Assembly: GCA_029547205.1 (NCBI GenBank)
Contig: JAKPPT010000068.1
Location: 41,922-105,921, forward strand
DNA: 64,000 nucleotides
From: Spirochaetota bacterium
GTDB lineage: Bacteria; Spirochaetota; Spirochaetia; Treponematales; UBA12059
Direction of reading: 5' to 3'
A program made the translations under genes and the position numbers. Shown piece after piece: positions 53,640 through 63,584 of the stretch. The notes under the pieces are model-generated. The model did not search any database, was not told the DNA's origin, and saw only the letters and a program-made list of their open reading frames with translations. Positions within the stretch are counted from its first letter, which is position 1. Each line of letters begins with the position of its first letter.

Positions 53640-53770
53640 GTCTATGACACGATATAAAAACCGAGGTTGTGAGCAGCACAATCACTCATGTTGTACGTGT
53701 TTCATGCTCGCAGCCGAGGGTTGTTCTGGAAACAGAGCAGCCTCCCGTATTTTGGAAAGGAGGAGTATCA
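53640..53770 (+). promoter_or_regulatory. Candidate molybdenum/tungsten-cofactor (Moco/Tuco-type) riboswitch leader
   Basis: Structured leader upstream of the tupA-moa operon. A 13-bp stem capped by a GAAA tetraloop sits at 53716-53744. CCGAGG and CCUCCCG elements lie next to the RBS GGAAAGGAGG. Confidence 0.35.
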
Positions 53771-54652
53771 ATGAAGTTTCTCAATGTTTTGATAGCGGTA
53801 CTTGGGATTGTAGTGTTTTCACTTTCCGCTTGTAAACAAACACCAGCAATACGACTTGCTACCACAACCAGTCTTGAACAATCAGGTCTTCTTGGAGAAC
53901 TGATTGAAGCATTTACGAAAAAACAGCATATACCGATTCAAGTTATCACCACCGGGAGTGGGGCAGCGCTTGAACTTGGTAAAAATGGTGATGTAGATGT
54001 AATTATTGCTCATGCTCCAGAATTGGAAAAGCAATTTATGGATTCTGGATATGGGCTTGAACGACATTCGTTTCTATACTCACGTTTTGTTGTACTCGGC
54101 CCTCTTGAAGATCCTGCACACATTGCAAACGCTCAAAACCCAGAGGATGTATTCAAGCGTATAGCTCTCTACAATCAAAGAGGTAATACACAAAAAACAT
54201 TTAATAATTTACCACAACAGCATGCTATGTTTGTATCACGAGGGGATAATTCGGGGACAGATGTTTTGGAAAAATCGATCTGGAACAAGATTGGGATAAA
54301 ACCTGATTCATCGTGGTACAAAGAATCGGGTCAGGGAATGAGCGAAACGATACTCCTTGCGAATGCTCTCAGTGCGTATACCATTTCTGATTTGCCTACC
54401 TGGCTTGCTGTATCAGAGAGCGCATGGTTTAAACAAAATTACTCAAATACAGTAACTATACTGTATGACGCTCCCGGGCAACAGGATTTTTCTAACATAT
54501 ATAGTGTCATTGTCATCAAAAACAATAGTGCTCCTCAAAACCAAAATAACGCAAAATTATTTGCTGATTTTCTTCTCACTGAGGAGTCTCAATCTATTAT
54601 CAATAATTTTTCGATACAAGGAATACGCTGCTATAACAGCATACAACCTTAA
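53771..54652 (+). CDS. tupA: Tungstate/molybdate-binding periplasmic lipoprotein (TupA/WtpA-type)
   Basis: Lipobox LSAC; RLATTTSLEQSGLL...GDVDVIIAHAPE matches TupA. Confidence 0.75.
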   Translation: MKFLNVLIAVLGIVVFSLSACKQTPAIRLATTTSLEQSGLLGELIEAFTKKQHIPIQVITTGSGAALELGKNGDVDVIIAHAPELEKQFMDSGYGLERHSFLYSRFVVLGPLEDPAHIANAQNPEDVFKRIALYNQRGNTQKTFNNLPQQHAMFVSRGDNSGTDVLEKSIWNKIGIKPDSSWYKESGQGMSETILLANALSAYTISDLPTWLAVSESAWFKQNYSNTVTILYDAPGQQDFSNIYSVIVIKNNSAPQNQNNAKLFADFLLTEESQSIINNFSIQGIRCYNSIQP

Positions 54653-54666
54653 TCAATGGGGAAACA

Positions 54667-55329
54667 ATGAACGCTGTATCAATTTTGGAAATTATAGAAA
54701 TATCACTAAGGAGTTTATATTTTGCTTTTACTGCAGCCCTGCTTGCTATGCTCGCAGGGCTTATTCCTGGTATCTGGATTTCAAGAAATGACCAGTATCA
54801 GCACAAAGCAATAAAAAAAATTCTGACATCAATTATCAGCACGCTGACATCTATTCCAACAGTAGTAATTGGAATTTTTGTTTACATGCTGCTTTCAAAA
54901 AAAGGTATTCTTGCAGGGCTTAACTGGCTTTATACATCATCGGGTGTCATTTTTGGAGAATTTTTATTAGCATTACCATTAGTGATTCACCATCTTGTTT
55001 CTGGATTTTCTAAAATTGACTCTACACTATTTGAAACGCTTGCGGTATTTAAAGCTGATGCCCTGAGTACAATTACGATTACAGCAAAAGAAGCCATGCC
55101 TGTTTTGGGCGGTGCTCTCACACTGGCATTTGGAAGAGTTATAGGAGAGGTTGGCCTTGTTATGATGATAGGCGGTAATATCAGGCACGCTACTCGCACA
55201 ATGACAACAGCCATTGCACTTGAGACTTCAAAGGGTAATATCCATGCTGCAACAGTGCTCGGAATAGTTCTTTTACTTATATCGCTTATTGTCAATATTA
55301 CCATCAACTATATTGCGAATTATGAATAA
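54667..55329 (+). CDS. tupB: Tungstate ABC transporter permease
   Basis: 5-6 TM BPD_transp_1 fold. Confidence 0.75.
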   Translation: MNAVSILEIIEISLRSLYFAFTAALLAMLAGLIPGIWISRNDQYQHKAIKKILTSIISTLTSIPTVVIGIFVYMLLSKKGILAGLNWLYTSSGVIFGEFLLALPLVIHHLVSGFSKIDSTLFETLAVFKADALSTITITAKEAMPVLGGALTLAFGRVIGEVGLVMMIGGNIRHATRTMTTAIALETSKGNIHAATVLGIVLLLISLIVNITINYIANYE

Positions 55330-55972
55330 CAAGTTTATTTTTAACAAGCTACATTTCTCATACAAAAATCAGAGTTCATTTTTTTTAACTATTCCATATT
55401 TCGAACTAAACACAAAAGAACCTGTTCGTATTGGTGGAACTAACGCGAGCGGCAAGACCACACTCCTTAAACTGTGTTCAGGACTCTTAAAACCAATCTC
55501 TGGTGAAATTTTATTTAATGAACATACTATCTATCCTATACAAAAACATCCAGAAAGTATTATCTACGTACACCAAAACCCATATATTTTTAAGGGAACT
55601 GTACTATTCAATATTAAAACAGTGCTTGCACTCTATAAAATTTCCGGATTCAAAGCAGATTCAGCAATTGACGAGATTGTATCCTCTTTTAGCATTAAAA
55701 ATATTTTACATAAAAAGCATTATGAACTTACTACTGGAGAAAAACAAAAAGCAGCTCTTGCTCGCGCATTTGTTATAAAACCAAATGTATTACTCCTCGA
55801 TGAACCGAGCACTGGCCTCGATGCTGAAGCAAAAATCATGCTAGCAGCTGCTATAAAACAGAATGCAGCAAATGGTTCTTCAATTATATTTGCATCGCAT
55901 GATTTTGAATTTTGCAACTACATCAAACCATATACTATTACAATTGATGCAGGTACTCTAAAACATCTTTAA
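55322..55972 (+). CDS. tupC: Tungstate ABC transporter ATP-binding protein
   Basis: Walker A GTNASGKTT, ABC signature, Walker B LLLDEPSTGLD. Confidence 0.75.
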   Translation: MNNKFIFNKLHFSYKNQSSFFLTIPYFELNTKEPVRIGGTNASGKTTLLKLCSGLLKPISGEILFNEHTIYPIQKHPESIIYVHQNPYIFKGTVLFNIKTVLALYKISGFKADSAIDEIVSSFSIKNILHKKHYELTTGEKQKAALARAFVIKPNVLLLDEPSTGLDAEAKIMLAAAIKQNAANGSSIIFASHDFEFCNYIKPYTITIDAGTLKHL

Positions 55973-55994
55973 CAATCGGAGACGGAGAATAATA

Positions 55995-57272
55995 ATGGAA
56001 CAATCTATTCATCCCGATCATGCGCTGGAACTCATTCTGGAAGCAGCTAATCTTTTTCCACTAAAAACAGAGACTATCCCAATAGAACAGTCAGCAGGCA
56101 GAGTACTTCCCTATTCAGCATGCTCACTTATTGATCAGCCTCCATTTACAAAGTCTGCCATGGATGGTTATGCATACAACAATGCAACTCCCTGTCTGGA
56201 ATATACACTAGCGGAAGCTGTTAAAGCAGGCAGTCATAGAAGCACTCCGCTTGGTCCCTGTGAAGCTGTACCCATCATGACAGGTGCCCCAATTCCAAAC
56301 GGTGCTAATGCTGTTCAACGTATAGAATGGACTGAACGCTCACGCGACAGAGTTAAGTTTACCAAACAGGAAACAATAAGCAATCTTATAATGCAGGGAG
56401 AAAACTGCAAAGCAGGTGATATTGTATTAACTCCACGCATTATTGCTCCACAGGATATTGGAATACTTGCTGCATCAGGTTACCGCACTGTCACAGTATC
56501 GGTTCCGCCACGTGTTGGCATACTATCAACCGGCGATGAACTCCATGAACCTAATTGTTCTCTTAATCAGCAATCAGAGCTACAGGCTATTATGAATCAG
56601 GCAGCTCGTTATCTTGGTCCCGCTGGTATTTACGATTCAAACGGCTATCAACTTACTGCACATGCTCTTGCATGCGGAGTGTATGCTCACTTCCTGGGCA
56701 TCTGTAAAGACGATCCTCATGAGCTAGCAGCTGCGCTATCAGAGGCCTTACTAAATTATGATATTGTAATACTGTCAGGCGGTGTATCCAAGGGTGATTT
56801 TGATTATATTCCTACTATTGCAAAACAATGTGGAGTAAAGCCTGTATTCCATGAACTTACAATGCGCCCCGGAAAACCAACATTTTTTGGTACTAAAGAC
56901 TGCAAAGCAGTATTTGGTCTTCCAGGAAATCCTGTTTCAACGTTTGTCAATTTTGAAGTATTGGTAAAACCATTGCTCTATAAATCCATGGGCATTTCCT
57001 ATGCTCCTCATATCGTACCAGCACTATTAAATGAAGACATTAGACGGAAAGGTTCAGATCGGGTGGAATTTCTTCCTGGCAATCTGAGCTATAAAAGCAG
57101 TAGTAATGACAACACTTTCTGTTTCCCCGTTATAACGCCCCTCAAATACCATGGTTCTTCTATGATTACAGCATTAGCAGGAGCAAATGTCCTCATTCGG
57201 ATTGAAAAAGGCATAGAGCACCTATCAAAAGGAGACACTATACATGTTAGACTCATTCGGCCGCTCTATTGA
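55995..57272 (+). CDS. moeA: Molybdopterin molybdenum/tungsten transferase
   Basis: ...PPFTKSAMDGYAY... MoeA N-terminal motif; 425 aa. Confidence 0.85.
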   Translation: MEQSIHPDHALELILEAANLFPLKTETIPIEQSAGRVLPYSACSLIDQPPFTKSAMDGYAYNNATPCLEYTLAEAVKAGSHRSTPLGPCEAVPIMTGAPIPNGANAVQRIEWTERSRDRVKFTKQETISNLIMQGENCKAGDIVLTPRIIAPQDIGILAASGYRTVTVSVPPRVGILSTGDELHEPNCSLNQQSELQAIMNQAARYLGPAGIYDSNGYQLTAHALACGVYAHFLGICKDDPHELAAALSEALLNYDIVILSGGVSKGDFDYIPTIAKQCGVKPVFHELTMRPGKPTFFGTKDCKAVFGLPGNPVSTFVNFEVLVKPLLYKSMGISYAPHIVPALLNEDIRRKGSDRVEFLPGNLSYKSSSNDNTFCFPVITPLKYHGSSMITALAGANVLIRIEKGIEHLSKGDTIHVRLIRPLY

Positions 57273-58065
57273 CTACCTGCGGATTTCCGTAACCGACCGC
57301 TGCAACCTCCGCTGTTTTTACTGCATGCCAGAAGAAGGGATAGAGCTTCTTAAACATGAGGCTATTTTAAGTTATGAAGCTATAACACAGGTCGCACAAA
57401 AGGCAGTAAAGCTTGGCTTTACCAAAATAAGACTAACGGGCGGCGAGCCACTTATCCGAAAAAACATTGTTGATCTTGTTGCTATGTTAAGTAATATTAG
57501 TGGCATTAAAACTATCGCTATGACAACAAACGGAACTCTGCTTTCTGATCTTGCTCAGGAACTTAAGAATGCAGGACTCACGAGCATCAATGTATCGCTG
57601 GATACGATGAACAGCACTCTCTACAATATCATTACCCGCGGAGGCTCACTCGATGCAGTTCTAAAAGGAATTTATGCCGCAAAAAATGCAGGATTGGCAA
57701 TTAAAATTAACACAGTTGTATTAGATACTGCATCACCGATATTAGCAGAACAAAAATTTAAGCAAGATATCGAAGCTGTTAGATCATTCGCTGACTCTAT
57801 TGGCGCTCACTTTCAGCGCATTGCTCAATACAATCTTGCTCATATCAAACAGGACTACGGTGAAATAGAACGACCTCCGGCTTGTGCCTCTTGCAACAGA
57901 TTGCGGTTACTTGCAAATGGCGTGTTGAGACCTTGTTTACACTCAAACATAGAAATCCCCATTGATTTTACAAATATTGAAGCAAGCATTAAAAGTGCTA
58001 TTGCTCTCAAGCCTGCGCATGGTCTTTCGTGCACGGGTTTAACAGTTGGGCAAATTGGAGGATAA
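57244..58065 (+). CDS. moaA: GTP 3',8-cyclase (radical SAM)
   Basis: CNLRCFYC cluster motif preceded by DYLRISVTDRCN. Shortened C-terminal region. Confidence 0.85.
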   Translation: MLDSFGRSIDYLRISVTDRCNLRCFYCMPEEGIELLKHEAILSYEAITQVAQKAVKLGFTKIRLTGGEPLIRKNIVDLVAMLSNISGIKTIAMTTNGTLLSDLAQELKNAGLTSINVSLDTMNSTLYNIITRGGSLDAVLKGIYAAKNAGLAIKINTVVLDTASPILAEQKFKQDIEAVRSFADSIGAHFQRIAQYNLAHIKQDYGEIERPPACASCNRLRLLANGVLRPCLHSNIEIPIDFTNIEASIKSAIALKPAHGLSCTGLTVGQIGG

Positions 58066-58068
58066 TGT

Positions 58069-58590
58069 ATGAGTAATAATCAGTTAACGCATGTCGATGA
58101 AAACGGAAAAGCCCGCATGGTCGATGTTTCAGCAAAACCTCGCGTCCGCAGAACAGCGCGGGCTGAAGGATTCATACGATTACATCCAGAAACTATTCAA
58201 GCAATAAAGGCTAACACGATTGCAAAAGGGGATGTCCTTGCCACTGCCCGTATTGCTGGAATTATGGCAGCCAAACAGACTGCATCGCTCATTCCACTCT
58301 GTCACAATATAGAAATCGAATACGTGCAGCTTGATGCTGAAATTATTGAAACTGCTGGCGATTCTGCAAACGGCACCAACTGCTCTGGTAATCCTCTAAA
58401 CAGCAGTAGCCATTGCGGAGTCAAACTTACGAGTTTGTGTACCTGTACCGATAAAACTGGAATTGAAATGGAAGCGCTCACTGCTGTGTCTGTTGCAGCT
58501 CTCACCATTTATGATATGTGCAAGGCAATTGATAAATCAATGGTTATAGAAACTATACGTTTACTCGAAAAAACAAAGGAGGAATTTTAA
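58069..58590 (+). CDS. moaC: Cyclic pyranopterin monophosphate synthase, carrying a 20-aa Ser/Asn/Cys-rich insertion
   Basis: LIPLCH and TGIEMEALTAVSVAALTIYDMCKA motifs. Confidence 0.85.
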   Translation: MSNNQLTHVDENGKARMVDVSAKPRVRRTARAEGFIRLHPETIQAIKANTIAKGDVLATARIAGIMAAKQTASLIPLCHNIEIEYVQLDAEIIETAGDSANGTNCSGNPLNSSSHCGVKLTSLCTCTDKTGIEMEALTAVSVAALTIYDMCKAIDKSMVIETIRLLEKTKEEF

Positions 58591-59108
58591 TGGTATCAAT
58601 AAATGATAACACTGATTCACAAAAAGAAGGTACCTTTAGTATTGTATCGATTAATGTTTCAGAAAAAACCGGAACACGAAAGCGACCGGTACAGACCGCG
58701 GTATTGATACCTGGTAAAGGTATTGACGGGGACGCACATGCCGGCATCCTTGATGACAGACAGGTTTCACTCCTGGCGATTGAAGATATTGAACAGGCTA
58801 ACAATTCTCTCAAAACAAAACCTGGCTGCTGCACGAAAGCGCTCGGACTTGAACAGCTTAATCCTGGTGATTTTGCGGAAAATATTACAACCCGAGGTAT
58901 CAATTTACACAACCTCCCCATAGGGACTGAACTCCGAATAGAGGATGCGATACTCGAAGTTTCACGTATCGGAAAAGAGTGTCACGCAGCCTGTGAAATA
59001 CGGACACTGGTAGGTGATTGCATCATGCCCCGTCGTGGTATTTTTGCACGTGTCATTCAAGGAGGAACCATTACCAATGAAAGTAACTGTTATTACCGTA
59101 TCCGATAG
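58590..59108 (+). CDS. MOSC-domain protein
   Basis: 172 aa; beta-barrel MOSC pattern with conserved Cys (KECHAAC). Confidence 0.6.
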   Translation: MVSINDNTDSQKEGTFSIVSINVSEKTGTRKRPVQTAVLIPGKGIDGDAHAGILDDRQVSLLAIEDIEQANNSLKTKPGCCTKALGLEQLNPGDFAENITTRGINLHNLPIGTELRIEDAILEVSRIGKECHAACEIRTLVGDCIMPRRGIFARVIQGGTITNESNCYYRIR

Positions 59109-59544
59109 AGCTTCTCGTGGCGAATACGAAGACAAATCGGGTCCAGCCATACTCGATGTCATCAAGACTGAAATTCCAGATACAGAACTGGAATATGAAG
59201 TCGTCCCCGATGGCTTTACTTCTGTGCTTTCAGCACTCAAGCGACACATCGATTCCGATTGGATACTCACCACAGGTGGCACAGGTCCTGCACCGCGTGA
59301 TGAAACCCCTGAAGCGACTCGCGCATACATTACAAAATCTATGCCAGGAATTGCTGAGTACCTGCGCATGAAATCGCTTGAGGAAACTCCCTTTGCTGTT
59401 TTCTCCCGGGGAGAAGCAGGCATGAGAGAGAGGCAGTATATTGTCAATCTACCCGGAAGTGAAAAAGGCGCCCGGTTTTGCACAAAACTACTCATTCCAC
59501 TGCTCAAACATGGAATCCATATGGCTGAAGGCGGCGGACATTAG
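59077..59544 (+). CDS. mogA: Molybdopterin adenylyltransferase MogA/MoaB
   Basis: MKVTVITVSDRAS...GGTGPAPRD; RBS AAGGAGGA. Confidence 0.85.
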   Translation: MKVTVITVSDRASRGEYEDKSGPAILDVIKTEIPDTELEYEVVPDGFTSVLSALKRHIDSDWILTTGGTGPAPRDETPEATRAYITKSMPGIAEYLRMKSLEETPFAVFSRGEAGMRERQYIVNLPGSEKGARFCTKLLIPLLKHGIHMAEGGGH

Positions 59545-59721
59545 TTTATGTAACACCATGGAGGCAGCCATCTTCTTTCACTGATCAGATGCCCATCTCT
59601 TTTCACTATCCAATACTATAAATTTACTAGAGATTTTTTTTATTACCAGTCTAATATATGCTATACTGTACCAGTACACGTATAACATGAGAGTTATAGC
59701 CTTGATCACAAGGAGGTGCTT

Positions 59722-61128
59722 ATGGACTTTTTCTGGAAAGTTGCTATCGATGCGGGCATTATCTCTGCTGCACTATTATTTGCTACCGTTTTACGGCACA
59801 AACTCCCGTTTCTGCAAAAATTTATGGTTCCAAATGCGCTGACAGCTGGTTTTATCCTGCTCCCCATATATAACTTTGTATTGCCTCTCATTGGACTTGG
59901 ACAGCACCGTCTCGGCGACCTCGTCTATCACCTGCTCAATATATCTTTTATTGCAATGAGTTTACGTTCACCAACACCTAAAGCAGAACATCGCGAACGA
60001 GGATCGGTGTGGGGTATGTCAACGGTAATACTCTCACAGTATGCTATTCAAGCACTTCTTGGGCTCGGGCTCGCTTTTCTCTTTGCCATAACTATTGCTC
60101 CTCAACTCAATCTTGCAATAGGATTAACATTACCGCTGGGTTTTGCACTTGGTCCTGGTCAAGCTTATGCAATAGGAAAAGGCTGGGAAGCAATGGGCTT
60201 CCCTGGTGCTGGTTCTGTTGGCCTAACTATGGCTGCACTCGGGTATCTCTGGGCATGTATCGTAGGCGTGGCACTCGTTAATATTGGCACCAGAAAAGGA
60301 TGGCTCACTCATCGTGTTCAGACTGATACCAACATGCTCACAGGATTGATATCTAAAGATAAAGACAAACCTGTTGCTATGCGCAGTACTACCGACTTCG
60401 AAGCACTTGACCCCCTATCGTTTCATACAGCAATAGTTGCCCTCACCTACCTCCTCTCGTACCTGCTACTCCTTGGGCTCACCTACTTGCTCTCGTTTGC
60501 AGGAAAAGCCGGTGCTGAACTGGCAAACAATCTCTGGGGCATTAATTTTATTTTTTCTGCTGTAACAGCACTGCTTGTACGATTTGTTCTCGATAAACTA
60601 AAACTTGGCCACTATTTTGATGATGATGCACTCTCGAGAATTTCCGGTTTTTCTATCGATTTTATGGTCGCTGCAGCTATTGCAGCTATCTCATTAGTAT
60701 TTGTAGCACAATATTGGCTTCCTATACTCGTTATCAGCACCATTGGAGGCATTGTTACCGTGTATACCGTTCCATGGTGGAGCGCGCGCATATTCCGCGA
60801 TCATCGCTTTGAACGCATGATAATGCTCTTTGGAGTTTCAACGGGAACACTCTCCACAGGACTTGCACTCCTCCGCATTGTAGACCCTGAATTTAAGACA
60901 AAAGTTTCCCGTGATTACATGCTCGCATCGGGATTGACCTTTCTCCTTGCAATTCCCTTTATTCTGAGTATCAATCTTCCAGCTAAAGCAAGTCAAACCG
61001 GCTCACTGGTGCCTTTCTGGACCATGATTGGCATTTCTGCTGGCTATCTCATCTATTGCATTGTCAGCTACATGCTGGTTGCAAGAGAAAAATCATTTAA
61101 AAACCCTGGGAAACTTTGGATTGATTAA
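59722..61128 (+). CDS. Sodium/glutamate symporter-like (GltS family) membrane transporter
   Basis: About 12 TM helices. The N-terminal pattern KLPFLQKFMVPNALTAGFIL resembles GltS. Confidence 0.55.
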   Translation: MDFFWKVAIDAGIISAALLFATVLRHKLPFLQKFMVPNALTAGFILLPIYNFVLPLIGLGQHRLGDLVYHLLNISFIAMSLRSPTPKAEHRERGSVWGMSTVILSQYAIQALLGLGLAFLFAITIAPQLNLAIGLTLPLGFALGPGQAYAIGKGWEAMGFPGAGSVGLTMAALGYLWACIVGVALVNIGTRKGWLTHRVQTDTNMLTGLISKDKDKPVAMRSTTDFEALDPLSFHTAIVALTYLLSYLLLLGLTYLLSFAGKAGAELANNLWGINFIFSAVTALLVRFVLDKLKLGHYFDDDALSRISGFSIDFMVAAAIAAISLVFVAQYWLPILVISTIGGIVTVYTVPWWSARIFRDHRFERMIMLFGVSTGTLSTGLALLRIVDPEFKTKVSRDYMLASGLTFLLAIPFILSINLPAKASQTGSLVPFWTMIGISAGYLIYCIVSYMLVAREKSFKNPGKLWID

Positions 61129-61171
61129 GGCCTGTCTGCTCTGGAGACACACAGCTGGTGCCAGGCTTGCA

Positions 61172-62404
61172 TTATACCTTGTATTTCTTCTGACAGTATG
61201 ATATAGCCCAGTACCAGCGCAATCCTGACTGATACCGATGCGGAAATTTAAACCTAAACATTGTACCTTGATAATAAAACTCAAAGTACTGTTGTTTTAA
61301 AACCGAAAGACCTTCAAGCTGGCTTAAAGGAAAATCAATAACAAATGTGCTCTCATGAAATAATCGTGACGGTATCTGCTTATTGCTCTGTAGATCTATA
61401 TGAATGCTGATAGTGTCCGGATGTAGCTCTGCCAGTCCTCTACCAAGGTTATCAAATTGCCTTAATCGTTTTCCACGGAACACTGTAACAGCATCAGAGA
61501 GCAAAGCCATGTGCTGCGTACTATACTGTTTATAGCGTTCTTCCAGAATCTGATGAAAAGACAAATTTGTACGCTGAAAAATTTCTGGAAGCGTACTGTT
61601 TATCCCTTCTAGCTGATACCGTGAGGTAATACGCCATGAAGCACCACAAGCGGAGCAATAGATCAAGTTTCCCTCACTGCGCATGGAAGTATCATGAGTG
61701 CAGTTCGGACACACAAAAATTGCTAGTTCAAGGTGCTGTGCCCTTTTTTTTGAAACAAAGCGGGTGCCTGTTTTTTCAATCCAGGCACATTCATTATGTG
61801 CTAGTGCATCCTGGATTTCAGTGTAAATAGTCTCAGGTGTTTTAGTTTTGAGCTCTGGTCCATCATAGAGCTTAAAAAACTCGAGTTCTATTTGCCCCCT
61901 GCGATCGTTCCATGACCATCGTGGCCGGGAGGCATAACCACCTTTTATTTTTACACCAATGACTGTCCCCTTAAACAGCTTCAAGAGCTTTGCAGTACTT
62001 TCGATAAAAGGCTGAGTGGTGCCATCCCAGGTAGCCTGTCCCTCAGCAAATACACCGACAACACCTTTTCGCTTTCGCAGCACATCCATTATCATGTTTA
62101 CGGTAACAATATCGGATATTGCTTTAGATTTAGGAATTGAGCCAACCAGTTTTAGGAGCAAACGCAAAATCAGGCTGTGCATGTTTCCATCACTTGTAAC
62201 CCAATACACTGGACGCCCTGTAAAAGCACTTATCCAAAAAGGATCAAACACACTCACATGGTTTGCAATTATTATATAGGGCTTACTTTTTGGTAAGATG
62301 TCTGTTCCTCTGGCTTTCATGCTGTAATGAAGCTTAAGGTATAAACCGTAAAACCAGCGGAGCAATGTATTAAACCACTTAAGATTCCATGTTCTATAGC
62401 GCAT
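61172..62404 (-). CDS. Lysophospholipid acyltransferase (PlsC-like) with a C-terminal extension
   Basis: HxxxxD motif ANHVSVFDPF. Confidence 0.65.
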   Translation of the reverse strand: MRYRTWNLKWFNTLLRWFYGLYLKLHYSMKARGTDILPKSKPYIIIANHVSVFDPFWISAFTGRPVYWVTSDGNMHSLILRLLLKLVGSIPKSKAISDIVTVNMIMDVLRKRKGVVGVFAEGQATWDGTTQPFIESTAKLLKLFKGTVIGVKIKGGYASRPRWSWNDRRGQIELEFFKLYDGPELKTKTPETIYTEIQDALAHNECAWIEKTGTRFVSKKRAQHLELAIFVCPNCTHDTSMRSEGNLIYCSACGASWRITSRYQLEGINSTLPEIFQRTNLSFHQILEERYKQYSTQHMALLSDAVTVFRGKRLRQFDNLGRGLAELHPDTISIHIDLQSNKQIPSRLFHESTFVIDFPLSQLEGLSVLKQQYFEFYYQGTMFRFKFPHRYQSGLRWYWAISYCQKKYKV

Positions 62405-62507
62405 ACTGTAATTGTACTCTAATATTTTTGCATTTTACAATATTAATGATACTGTAACTTGTTTTTAATAAAGAAACTTTTTACTATTAAGAGTACGGAG
62501 TCGCTGT

Positions 62508-63560
62508 ATGAATTATCATATTTTTAACTATAATTTTCAGGAAACACTCAAAAAGAGTCCACAAATTACAATTGGCAATACCGATAGCTTTATTATACTG
62601 AGTGATCTCCACATGGGAGACGGCGGCAGTCGTGATGATCTCTTGCATAATAGGGAATTGCTTGAAACATTACTCAAACACTATTATGAAAAAGGATACA
62701 CAATCATACTCAATGGAGATATCATCGATCTTTCAAAATATAAGTATGAACGCATAATAAACGCATGGGAAAGCACAATTGCCATACTAAAACAGTATAA
62801 TGATGCAGGGCGGCTCTATCAGATTCTGGGCAATCATGATTCAGGACTCCCGCTCTATAATTATCCATTTGAACTTAAGGAAAGTCTCCTGCTCAATTAT
62901 AACAACAATAAGCTGTTTATTCTTCATGGGCACCAGGCATCCCGGCTTTTAACTAAAACCCCTTACATATCCGATTTTATCGTTCGATTTATTGCGCGCC
63001 CGCTTTCAATTAAGAACACTTCAGCACGGGAGAACGCCTATGCGCGGATAGCTGTCGAACGCCTTATTTATAAAGCAAGCAGGGAACTCAAATTGGTCTC
63101 GCTGATTGGACATACACATCGGCCGCTATTTGATGCATTGAGTAAATACGATAACCTGCGCTGGACAATAGAAGAACTCTTCAGAGAATATATTATTGCT
63201 GAAGAACCTAAAAAACAGCAGCTTGCTGAACTCATCAAACTATATAGAAATGAGCTACTAACCATTAAAAAAAAGGATAAAACACGAATTTCAAAAAGCC
63301 TATACGCCGAAGAAGATCTGCTCATTCCCTGTTTGTTTAACAGCGGTTGTGCTACCGGTAAAACCGGTATTACCTGCTTAGAAATAAAGCATGGCTCACT
63401 TGCACTCACGTACTGGAGCAGCATCAGTAAAGCCCGTCCCTACATGGATAGAGAAGCCCTCGATCGCGAGACTATTCCAAACAGCACCGCTATCCGATAT
63501 GTCATCAGGCAGGAAACACTCTCGAGTATTTTTGATCGCATCATGCTGTTATCAGAATGA
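62508..63560 (+). CDS. Calcineurin-like metallophosphoesterase
   Basis: DLHMGDG, GNHD and GHTH motifs. Confidence 0.8.
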   Translation: MNYHIFNYNFQETLKKSPQITIGNTDSFIILSDLHMGDGGSRDDLLHNRELLETLLKHYYEKGYTIILNGDIIDLSKYKYERIINAWESTIAILKQYNDAGRLYQILGNHDSGLPLYNYPFELKESLLLNYNNNKLFILHGHQASRLLTKTPYISDFIVRFIARPLSIKNTSARENAYARIAVERLIYKASRELKLVSLIGHTHRPLFDALSKYDNLRWTIEELFREYIIAEEPKKQQLAELIKLYRNELLTIKKKDKTRISKSLYAEEDLLIPCLFNSGCATGKTGITCLEIKHGSLALTYWSSISKARPYMDREALDRETIPNSTAIRYVIRQETLSSIFDRIMLLSE

Positions 63561-63584
63561 TTAAGTATGCTATGATACTCATAT

